NCBI RefSeq assembly: GCF_036321535.1
Contig: NC_087437.1
Coordinates: 51,276,001-51,340,000, forward strand
DNA from: Camelus dromedarius
Lineage: Eukaryota
Length of the DNA: 64,000 nt
Direction of reading: 5' to 3'
Position 1 is the stretch's first letter; every line of letters starts with the position of its first letter. Both the position numbers and the translations under genes were made by a program. Below are positions 53,044 through 64,000 of the stretch, piece by piece. Below the pieces are notes generated by a model. It saw only the letters and a program-made list of their open reading frames with translations, made no database searches and was not told the origin of the DNA.

Positions 53044-53172
53044 GGGGGGAGGGTATAGCTCAAGTGGTAGAGGGCATGCTTAGCATGCATGAGGTCCTGG
53101 GTTCAATCCCCATTACCTCCTCTAAGAATAAATAAATAAACCTAATTACTTCCCCCACCAAAAAAAAAAAAA
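53044..53172 (+). mobile_element. tRNA-Ala-derived SINE, long form, in HTR3C-like intron 2
   Basis: Core, the same extended tail as the 12438 copy, and poly-A. Confidence 0.85.
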
Positions 53173-54351
53173 TGTGGTGGGCATGGGTCAAGTCTTTGCA
53201 ATAATAATTCTGGACAGGAATTTCTTTACCAGGACATACACCGCCAGCTTCTGACATCATTCCTGTGGATTACTATGGTAAGGCAGACTCAACTCTCCCT
53301 TTCCCACTTCCAATTATAAGTTTAAATTTGAGGTGTGACTTGAAGGTTTTCCAGACCTCTACCCAATGTATAAATCTTTCTGGGACCAAATAACTCCATC
53401 TAAAACACAAATCTCCCTGGGCAGTTTAGGAAGGCAGAAATGGTGACCCAAGAAAATGGCCAAGTGGTTGTGGGCCAATGTAGTGGTATGTTCCTGATAC
53501 AAGTGGCTTTTGGCTCTAGTTAAAGTCTGCCTAGAAAAAAGGAATTAAGGCATGCTTTGCCAATGACACCTGACTAATAAAGTAGGAGAGATAGACTGTG
53601 GTCATGAGGGACACCAAAAGGAGTAAGAGGATCAAAGTTTAAAGAAGAAAGTGAAAGGCAGGAGGGGCTCACTGGACAAGTTCCATCATCACTCACCTCT
53701 GCTTCCCACCACCCTGGCTGCAGACATGGGACAATCCTTTCATCAGCTGGAACCCAGAAGAGTGTGTTGGCAGCCATAAGGTCACCGTGTTAGCTGAGAA
53801 CCTGTGGCTCCCAGACATCCTCATCATGGAATCGTGCGTACCTGGGCCAGGGAAAGCCAGCACCAAGCCCATCTCCTAGAACAGCTGAGGGTCAGTGCAG
53901 GGCACCAGGACACCAACAGATTCGGACAGGAATGCAGTCTCAATTAGTTGACTCCCACAAAACACTATGAGCAGAAGAGAAAAGATAGAGTGACATTAGA
54001 GAAAGAGCCCAAAAGGTGAGCACAGCAGGGGAAGACCTGGGAAGGGAGTCAAAAGCTGATCAAGGCACTCACTGCACCCACCTCTCCCTCCCTCTTATAA
54101 GCAGCATGGATGTGGATGGGGCACCTGCAGGTCTCATCGCATATGTCAGCAGCGGAGGTCAAATACAGTACGACAGGCCCGTGAAGGTGACAAGCATCTG
54201 TAACCTGGACATCTTCTACTTCCCTTTTGACCAACAGAACTGCACGCTCAGCTTCAGGTCCTTCCTCTACACAGGTGAGCAAGACACCATGGTTTTGGTA
54301 GCCATTTAAGGTTCAGGGGAAGATATTTAAGTGATGTAGGAAGGTTTTAGA

Positions 54352-54522
54352 TCAGTGTTTCTCAACTCTGGCTGTCCACTAAAGCATTTTTAAAAAATAC
54401 CAGCAAGTATACATTATCCCAGAGATTCCAACTTAATTGTTCCAGATGGGGCTCAGGTACTATGAAGTTTAACTGTCTCCCCAGGTGATGTTAATGTGCA
54501 GACAGGGTTAAGAACTACTGCT
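54352..54522. mobile_element. MER5-like hAT MITE
   Basis: TIR-like cagtgtttctcaa ... ttaagaactactg. Confidence 0.6.
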
Positions 54523-57046
54523 TTAATTCTCCTTGATAAAGTTTTAAAAAATAAACAAAACCCACTGCTTTAGATCTTAGAGGGCCTTTGTACCAAATGA
54601 GGCCCACCTAACCCTGAGCTGCAGCAGCTCTGTTAACTTTTACCTCAAACCTTTTAACATTAATAGCTAACACACTTACACCAGGAATTAATGTAACTGA
54701 ATGTCACCAGGTGTCCTGTGTTAGATTTGGATAAATTAATCATTATAATGGGCATGTATGTAATTATAAAAATATAGGGTTGTTCAAGATTCATCCCACT
54801 AAAACAACATCATAGAATTGGGGAACTGAGAAGAAACACAGGAATGACTCCAAAGGTTCTTGACCCATGTTTGAGTCATATCTAATTTTCCCATAACAAG
54901 TTTGACACCCCTTGTTTCCAACAACAAAACCACCCCAAGGCTGCAGCCCATACGTATATGAATTGCTGGTCCTGTGACTCACTCCTGAGAAAACCTGGAT
55001 GCCCTGCCTTAAAAGAACAGAGAGGAGAACTGATGGAAGAAGCTCAGTGGGAGAGGAATCAAATCTTGTGGGCAGGAGACTGGAGGGCACTTCTGCACTG
55101 AGCTGCCCGGCCTCCCTTGCAGTGGACAGCATGCTCCTGGGCATGGCCCAGGAACTGTGGATGATAACAGACATGTCTCGTAACGTCATTCAGACCCAGG
55201 GGGAGTGGGAGCTCCTGGACATCAAAAAGGCTACCCTCAAGATGTTGATGGGCAGAAGTCTATATGACCAGATCACGTTCTATGTAAGTCCAGGGGCCCT
55301 GTTTGACTTCTGAGCCCAGTTTCTCTGTGATTCTCCTCTTGGTCTAAGGCACTTTGGGATATAAAAATAGTTCCAGGGGGTTAAGCACCTGCTCTTCACT
55401 CTACCCTCTACCCCAACTGCCCTGAAGAAGGATCCCCAGGGCCTCTGCCCAGCAGAGAGGAGGAACAGCTGGGCTGTCGTAAGAATGGAGCAGCCAGTTG
55501 CCCAATGGTCCAAAGGGCCTTATTTGCCCCTAAAAGGCTACAATCATGTTCCCAGCAGGTAGGACACAAGGGAAATTTTGACAACAAAATTGGGGCACGT
55601 CTGTAGAGGGCACAGTTAAATGCATCTGTTACCCAAAGAGATCTTCCCATGGCCAACCTAACTGCACACCAGCAAGGGTTGGATCATCAAATACACAGCT
55701 GAGCCCTCTGGCACATTCTTGAGCCTATTTGCCACATTCTCCACACCTCTCCTCCCCACCAGGTGGCCATCAGGCGCAGGCCCAGACTCTACGTCATCAA
55801 CCTTCTGGTGCCCAGTAGTTTTCTGATGGCCATTGACTCCCTCAGCTTCTTCCTGCCAGCAGAAAGCGAGAACCGTGCCCCATTCAAGATAACCCTTCTG
55901 CTGGGCTACAACATCTTCCTGCTCATGATGAATGACTTACTCCCGGCCAGTGGCACCCCACTCATCAGTATGGCCCCTCCCACTTTCCAGGGAAGCAAAG
56001 GCAGAAGGAGACATGGTGGGAGGAGAGTAGCAGGAGAACCACTGCCTCTCCACTGAGGGAATGGGTCCTGAAGAAAGTTTGCATTTGGGGAAAGAAGCTT
56101 CAAAAAAAGTGTCCAGAGGAATCTGCCCTGGGTTATTTAAATTTGCTTTGCCCTCAGGTGTCTACTTTGCCCTGTGTCTGTCGCTGATGGTGGTCAGCCT
56201 GCTGGAGACCATCTTCATCACCTACCTGCTGCACCTGGCCACCACCCAGCCCCCACCCATGCCTCACTGGCTCCATTCCCTACTTCTGCGCTGCACCAGC
56301 CCAAGGAAGTGCTGCCCTGCTGGGCCCCAGAAGGGAAACACCGGCCTGGGCCTCAGCCCCGCCCACCTGCCTGGTGAGGGGACTCAGCATTGCCCATGCC
56401 TCCTCTTCCAGCATCTCCACTTCCCTGCTCCGGCCTCCTGCCCTGGCCCCCACAACTTCTCAGCTGAACTTGACAGCCCACAGCTGAGTCTGTCTCTCCG
56501 TAGGTGTGAAGGAGCCCGTGGAGTTGGTGGGGAAGGTGCCAGGTCCGAAAGAGGCAGAGTTAAATGGGTGCCCTGGGTCAACGAGGGCCCAGCAGGAAGA
56601 CGAGGCTCAGAAGCAGCACTTGGTCAGCCCGTGGGTGCAGTTCAGCCGCGTGATGGACACCTGCTCTTCCACCTCTACCTGCTCTTCATGGCCACCTCCA
56701 TGACTACTGTCATCATCCTCTGGAACACCTAGACAGACATCCACATCCACCTCCTCCTATAAACCATAACTTGAAGTTTCTTGTGGTCTTAGAGCCAGCC
56801 AGACCCAGGCCCCTTTCCTAATCTTAGCCACTTATCCCCAGTGACTACCATGTCCCCTTCTATATTCCCAAACCACCAACAGCCCTACCGAGTAGGTTTA
56901 GAACAGCCTTAGACAACCCCCTGACTTCTCATATGCCACAGTCTCCAATCCCACACACTTTCAGTGTTCCTGTGCCACACCTAACTTCTGACCCCCTTAC
57001 CAATGAAGGTCAGGGTCAGTGGAGTCTCTCCCTGATTTACCGACCC

Positions 57047-57052
57047 AATAAA
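57047..57052 (+). terminator. Poly(A) signal of the HTR3C-like gene
   Basis: AATAAA ~315 nt after the ancestral stop codon. Confidence 0.55.
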
Positions 57053-57584
57053 CAACTTTCCAGGAAGCACAGTCTCCTCAGTACATTTCTTATAGCTCCG
57101 CAAACACTGTGTGAGGAGTCCTCTTGCAGAAGCTTTGATACTTCACTCTAAATATGTGTAATCTGATCTGATTTTAAGACTCTCAGATACTTTCACAGTT
57201 TTAAAAGAATGAAAAGGTAAAGTCTCATTTGCAAGAAATGAGAGTACTATAAAATACTTACAGTTGAAAAATGTTCCTTTCATCAACCATTTCCATTTCA
57301 CTTGGTGTCATTTTTCATTCAGTTTCTTCTGATTTCACAAAATCAGAGAGGACCTTCTGAATATACATACTTGGGGGAGGGCCAGGAAGAGGAGTTAAGG
57401 GCCTCAATTAAAGGATTCCAGTTAAATAGACATATAGCCACACAATGGAATGCTTTGTAGTCATTTAAAGAGAGAATGTAGTCTATGTCAAAACCATGGA
57501 AAGAGGTCCATAATATTTAAAGTGGAGAAAACAAGTTATAAAACTGTATATATACATAATTTCTGTTTGAAAAAGTAGAGTGCT

Positions 57585-58320
57585 AGCTGGTGGGGATGTA
57601 GTTTGGTGCAGCCATTATGGAAAACAGTATGGAGATTCCTCAAAAAACTAAAAATAGACTTACCATATGATCCAGCAATCCCACTTCAGGGTACGCATTC
57701 AAAGAGAACTCTAATTCAAAAAGATACATGCACCCCAATGTTCATAGTAGCACTATATAAAATAGCCAAGACATGGAAGCAACCTAAATGTCCACTGACA
57801 AATGACTGGATAAAGAAGTTGTGCTATATTTATACAATGAAATAGTACTCAGCCATAAAAAAGAATAAAATAATTCCATTTGCAGCAACATGGATGGACC
57901 TAGAGATACTCATTCTAAGTGAAGTAAGCCAGAAAGAGAAAGAAAAATACCATATGATATCACTCATATGTGGAATCTAAAAAAACAAAGGAAAAGAAAA
58001 AAAGGACACTATGAACTCATCTACAAAACAGAAACAGACTCGCAGACATAGTAAACAATTTTATGGTTACTGGGGAAAGGGAGTGGGAAGGGATGAATTT
58101 AGGAGTTTGAGATTTACAAATGTTAGCCACTATATATAAAAATAGACTTTTTAAAAAAGTTTCTGCTGTGTAGCACAGGGAACTATGTTCAATATCTGTA
58201 ATAACCTTTCATGAAAAAGAGTATGAAAATGAATATATGTATGTACATGCATGACTAGGACATGGTGCTGTACACAGAAATTGACACATTGTAACTGACT
58301 GTACTTCAATTTAAAAAAAT
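57585..58320 (+). mobile_element. 5'-truncated L1
   Basis: Encodes [16 protein letters not shown]...; has a 3' UTR and TSD-like aaa(g)tagagtg. Confidence 0.9.
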
Positions 58321-58604
58321 AGAGTGTTACATAGAAATGCAGAGGAAAAGGTATGGATGATTAGACACCAAAAAAACAAGAGCAAACTTTCTCCTGGATA
58401 ATGGGATTATGAATGATTGCTATTTTCTTTTATATCCTTCTCTATATTTTCAATGAGCATGTATTATTTTTGCCATAAAACCCTTCTATTTAAAAAAAAA
58501 GAAGTTCCATATTAATAGTACTCCCCACTGTCACCAGCACAGATCATCCTGGGGAGGACTCTCACAGATAGTTGAGAGCAAGGACCTGGGAAGGGAGAGA
58601 GATT

Positions 58605-59445
58605 GATGAGGCATCACCTCACACCAGTCAGAATGGCCATCATAAAAGTGTACAAATAATAAATGCTGGAGAGGGTGTGGAGAAAAGGGAACCCTTCTGC
58701 ACTGTTGGTGGAAATGTAAACTGGTGCAGCCACTATGGAGGACAATATGGAAGTTCCTTAAAAAACTAAAAATAGACTTACCATATGATCCAGCAATCCC
58801 ACTGCTGAGCATATATCTGGCGAAAACTAATTCAAAAAGATACCTGTACTCCAAAGTTCACAGCAGCACTACTTAAAATAGCCAAGACATGGAAGCAACC
58901 TAAATATCCATCTACAGATGAATGGATAAAGAAGCTGTGGTACATATATACAATGGAAGAGTACTCAGCCATAAAAAAGAATAAAATAATGCCCTTCACA
59001 GCAATATGGATGGACCGGGAGATTGTCATTCTAAGTGAACTAAGCCAGAAAAAGAAAGAAAAATACCGTAGGATATCACTTACATGCGGAATCTAAAAAA
59101 ATGACTCAAATGAACTTAATTACAAAACAGAAACAGACTCATAGACATAGAGAACAAACTTACGGTAACAAAGGGGTAAAGGAGGTGAGAAGGGATAAAT
59201 TGGGAGTTCGAGATTTGCAGATACCAACTACTATATATAAACTAGATAAATGAGAAATTTATATTGTATAGCACAGAGAGCTATTTTCAATATCTTGTGT
59301 AACCTATAATGAAAAAGAATATGAAAATGAATATATATGTGAATGTATGACTGAAACATTATACTGTACACCAGAAATTGTACAACACTGTAAAATGACT
59401 ATACTTCAGTAAAAAAGAATGCAAGTTTAAAAAATGGAAAAAAAA
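58605..59445 (+). mobile_element. 5'-truncated L1
   Basis: catcacctcacaccagtcagaatggcc... through to an A-rich tail. Confidence 0.9.
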
Positions 59446-61919
59446 GAGAGACAGAGAAATTGAAACGGGATGTGAAAGAATACCAAAGACAAATATCTGA
59501 ACTATGTTTCAACTAGATGAACAGATTTCAGGGATTTATTTACATTTCTGTCTTCCCTAAGAGAACGTGCTTTTGTAAAGGTTAGGTACAATGTCTCATC
59601 CATTTTTACAACTCTGTATACGGTACTATGCCTAAACAGACTTGTTGAATGATTAAATATATGAATGAGTGTCAGCCAACCAAGAATCAGTATTTACTAG
59701 CTCTAGCTATAATCCGTTTATCCCATTCTGGTATATTTTATTTCATTTTTCCTTAACTTATATGGGAAATTAGCAGCCTATTTTTACATGTCAACTTTCT
59801 TTGAGTTCTTAGAGACATTCCTCACACGCTGGTGAAGGCATTTCTGCTTGTGGATTCTCTTATGATTCCTTCTTTCCATTACTTGGAACATATTTCTCAC
59901 TCAGAAACTTGACCTTGACTTTTGTCAATAATTTTAAATGAAGAGTGTGTACCACATCTTTCAGGAATTTCAAATTCCTTAAGATCACCTTTGTATCATT
60001 TCTTTTTCCTTTCCCCCCTCCACGTTTGTATTTCTCTAGATGTCATCTTGCAATTTTTTTCTACCTCTTACGTATGTGACTTTAGGGTTTCTGTGCCAAG
60101 ACCATTATAACTGACAAATATCCTTTGCAAAAGAACATCCTGTCCATATGTTAGGCTTGAGGTGAGCCCTGTGGTTTAAAACATGACCTGACAATGAAGC
60201 AGAGCATTTTAAGCTAGTTCCAGCCTACACATGTCAGTAGGAATGTTAGGGGTATTTTACCATGTCCTTCTCCCATTAAAAATTCTTTGTATTTATATCC
60301 CTATGATAACTTTATTTCATTTTCCTCCATTTTCTATTGCAAACCTCTTTAAGAATGTACAATGGAAACTGATGAACTCTTTGGCCTGGGATATACTCTC
60401 TTCAAATGCTGACTGTTTCTCACTTCCCAGGTCTCCACTTCTAACTTCCCACTCTCTCCCTCCGTATCTAGGAGTATCCTCACAACCTTCTCACAGCCCA
60501 GTGTTTCTTTTCTTAGTCTTAAACAATTCTGAGAAAAATTTCCTCCTACTTACTTATTTTTGGCAACCCATTTATCTGACCATTCTTGTTGTACATTTTT
60601 GTCTCCTCACTGTCTTTGATTCCTTCCACCTTCTGGAAACCAAGAATTCTACAGACAGAACCATATTTCATACTTACCTCCTCTACTCTTTCATCTCTCT
60701 GCTTCTCCCTCTGAAAACCAAGCTCACCGTTTGCTCTTTCAACACCATTTTCTCTCACCTTCCTCTGTTATTACTCTTACACCTTTCTTTTACCAACATC
60801 TTGCACAGTTAGCTCTCCTTTATCTTCTTACTAGTTCTTCTGAAAGCCTCCCACCCATGTCTGATATTTATTACAATTAATTTCTTTCTTTTTAAAACAT
60901 TTTTATTGAGTTATAGTCAGTTTACAATGTTGTGTCAATTTCCAGTGTACAATTAATTTCTATCATCATCCTTGATAAATTCAGAGGTGACACCCCTGAC
61001 ATTGATTATTCCACATACATAGCTGAATTGTAGGAATCTACACAAAGTAAGTAGCATTTTATAATTACACCCTGAGGATGGTCTATAACATGTGTGGCTA
61101 CCTGTCTCAAGGAACCACCGAAAAGGTTTGGAGCTTCTTACTTAGCAAGCAGAAGGATTTATAAAGGCACAACTTAACAGACAGAAGATAAACGCTACTA
61201 GGAAATTAACCATTCTTCAAGGTTCTTTCCTTTAAGGTAAATTCAATAATTCTGCCAAGTTACCCAAAGCCAAATTTTCCATGTCAAGGTCCCTCTTACT
61301 CTCTTACTGCCTGCTCCACAGTATTCTGACACTACCTTCACTAGACGCCAAAGGAGCAGTGGTTCTGTTTGCCTAGTTCCTACTTCTGACAGAAGTTACC
61401 CACCACATTTCTTGCCTATTTCCTTTTACTTTCTCAGGAAAGATCTGCTTAGATTCCTATTCTCAGGGATCTTGAGTTCAAGAACTACTTTCTTTACAAT
61501 CTCCTCAGCCTTACACTTGGATTCCATCTTTAATGTATTATTTAAGCCAGTCTGAGACCTTTAGTCACCCAAAGTACTTTCTTATTTCCATATTCAATAA
61601 TTCTTAAGCAATATCTTGAATCATTAACTCAACATTTTAACATATTAAGTGCAACACACAGCTGGCATGCCAAAACCTTATGCAATAAAAAAAGGTATTT
61701 CTTCCTTCATTCAATTTTTTAAATTAAACTTTGTATTGCAATATAATATACATACAAAAAAGAAGACAAATCTCATGTGTACCACTCAATAATTTTTTTA
61801 AATTGATCACACCTGTATAACCACCATCCAGGTGAAGAAATAGAACAACTCCTGGGAAAACACACTTCGGGGCCCCTCCCAATCATTCTCCCATTCATTC
61901 TATCCAAAGGTAATCACTA

Positions 61920-63760
61920 ATCTGTTTCCTTTTTGATTTTCTGTCTGGATGATCTATCCATTGTTGAAAGTGGGGTATTAGAGGTCCTTACTATTGTTGT
62001 ACTGCTGTCTCTTTCCTCAGATCTGTTAATATTTGCTTTATATATTAAGGTGCTCCAATGTTGGATACACAAATATTTACAACTGTTATATCATTTTGAT
62101 GAACCGACTCCATTACTATTATATAACGACCTTCTTAGTCACTTGTTACAGTGTTTGGCTTAAAGACTACTTTGTTTGATACAGCTACCTCTGTTTTCTT
62201 TTGGCTTCCATTTGCATCGAGTACCTTTTTCCATCCTTCACTTTCAGTCTATGTGTGTTCTTAAAGGTTACATAAGTCTGATAGGCAGCATATAGTTGGG
62301 TCTTGTTTTTCATTCATTCAACCAATCTATGTCTTTTGACTCTAGGATTTATCCCACTTACATTTAAAGTAATTATAGACAGGTATGAAATCACCATTGC
62401 CATTTTGTTAATTATTTCTGGTTGTTTTGTAGTTCCTCTCTTCATCTCTTGCCCTTTTTTTTGTGATTTGATGATTTTATGTAGTGGTATGTTTTTATTC
62501 CTTTCTATTTATCTTTTGTGTATCTGCTATAGGTTTTGCTTTGTGGTTACTGTGAGGTTTACATAAAACATCTTAGAGTTATAAGATGTTATACATACAC
62601 ACACACACACAATGGAATACTACTTAGCCATAAAAAGAATGAAATTTTGCCATTTGCAGCAACATGGATGAACTTAAGAGGGTATTATGCTAAGTGAAAT
62701 AAGTCAGACAGGGAAAGACAAATACTGTGTGATATCACTTATATGTGGAATTTAAAAAATAAAACAAACTAGTGAATATAACAACAACAAAAAAAAACAG
62801 GCTTACAGATACAGAGAACAAACTAGTGGTTACCAGTGGGGAGAGAGGAGGGGGAAGGGGCAACATAGAGGTAGGGGATTAAGAGGTACAAACTATTACA
62901 TATAAAATAAACTACAAGAATATATTGTACACAATGAATATAACTATAAATGGAGTATAACTTTAAAACCTGTGAATAACTATGTTGTATACCTATAACT
63001 TATATAATATTATACACCAACCAGATTTCAATTTTTAAAAACAGGGTTTAAAAAAGCTCTACACTTTGATACTCTCTCCCTCCACATTTTATGTTTTTCA
63101 TGTCACATTTATATCTTTTTCATATTGTGTAGTCACTAACAAATTATTGTACGTATTTGTAATACTTATGCCTTTTAATCTTTATAATAATCAGTGATTT
63201 ATCCATGACTATTATAATATTAGAGTATTCTAAATTTAACTGTATATTTACTTTTCCCAGTAAATTTTACACTTTCATATGTTTTCATGTTACTAATTAG
63301 CATCTTTTCATTCCACCCTATAGGAAAAGATATGTAAGACAAATACTAATTAAACATAAGCTGGAATGCTTCTATCAATATCAGACTAAATTGTCATTAA
63401 GACAATAACAATTATTTAGAATAAAGAGAATCTCTACATAATGATAAAATATTTAATCACTTAGACGATATAAACATGATAAACTTGAATGCATCTCATA
63501 AAATGGCCTCAAAAATCTATAAAGTGAAGATGAAAATAATTACAAAGAGAAAGTGACAGTTCTATTATTGTAGTGGGAGATTCAACACATCTCAATGTGA
63601 TAACACATTAGTGAAAAAATAATAGACTTTAACCATACAATTAAATTAGATTTAACAAGAATATATAGAACTCTACACTTGGAATATTTACAAAAATTAA
63701 CTATGTATAGACTATAAAGTAAGTCTCAAAATTTGGTAGCAATCAGACTGTGTTCTCTGA
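61920..63760. mobile_element. Nested L1 fragments (antisense endonuclease region, inserted sense 3' end ~62607-63040, older sense fragment)
   Basis: L1 motifs on both strands (ctgtctggatgatctatccattgttgaaagtgggg; atggaatactacttagcc). Confidence 0.75.
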
Positions 63761-63779
63761 AATTATTATTATTAACAAA

Positions 63780-64000
63780 CACTTGCATGGTGCTGATTAT
63801 GTACCAGCATTGTTCTAAGCATTTTCTAATTATCACTTCATTTAACCCTCATAACAACATGATGAGGTAAGAGTTATTACTATCATCCATCTTCTAGATC
63901 AAGAAACTGAGGCAAACAGGTTAAGTAACTTAAGTAACATACCCAAGATCATACAGCTTATAAATGGCGGACCTGGGATTTGCACTGAGGGAGTCCAGCT
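63780..64000. mobile_element. MIR-like SINE
   Basis: tttaaccctcataacaac...gaaactgaggca...aagatcatacagc core. Confidence 0.7.

Larger units (their letters stand above)
51180..56732 (+). pseudogene. HTR3C: HTR3C-like 5-HT3 subunit gene with two 1-nt frameshifts. Exons: 51180-51245, 52536-52702, 53233-53277, 53724-53833, 54105-54274, 55123-55283, 55763-55967, 56158-56373, 56504-56732
   Basis: N-terminus MEGGWP...LLCLTVSLLLQG, plus the [17 protein letters not shown] and [16 protein letters not shown] motifs of HTR3C. All 9 exons have GT-AG boundaries. Exon 1 is 66 nt instead of 67 (G7 run at 51201-51207). Exon 9 lacks one C at 56660-56661, giving TGA at 56701-56703 before TM4. Assembly error cannot be excluded. 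Confidence 0.75.

Noticed and set aside
57603..59029. ORFs with CTPMF/AKTWKQPKCP motifs (also at 6032-6399, 8551-8772, 36042-36284)
   Set aside because: Truncated L1 ORF2 C-termini, not host genes.
60231..60812. 193-aa hydrophobic ORF
   Set aside because: It arises from C/T-rich, probably repeat-derived sequence, with no recognisable motif or splice context.
57100..64000. A third HTR3 gene (HTR3E) downstream
   Set aside because: No HTR3-like exons seen in this stretch; it probably lies beyond the window if present.

Overview
Mammalian genomic DNA, probably camelid (inferred from an abundant tRNA-Ala(AGC)-derived SINE). It is intron- and repeat-rich, with no prokaryotic features. The minus strand (1-27.8 kb) carries the 5' part of ABCC5/MRP5: a CpG/TATA promoter, non-coding exon 1, coding exons 2-5 and a group of candidate poison or cassette exons in intron 5. 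The plus strand carries two tandem 5-HT3 receptor accessory-subunit genes. The first (37510-42391) is HTR3D-like and fully intact: 9 exons, 1371 nt, 456 aa, with signal peptide, Cys-loop and TM1-4, unlike the Cys-loop-less human HTR3D. The second (51180-56732) is HTR3C-like with two 1-nt deletions, so it is a probable pseudogene or an assembly error; each deletion could be bypassed by alternative splicing. The two paralogues look like a gene-conversion mosaic: exon 2, exons 7-9 and intron 8 are nearly identical, while exons 3-6 are divergent. The rest is L1 fragments, SINEs, hAT/Charlie/MER remnants and microsatellites. I found no wholly new biological system. Comparisons with human sequences are from memory and need alignment to confirm.
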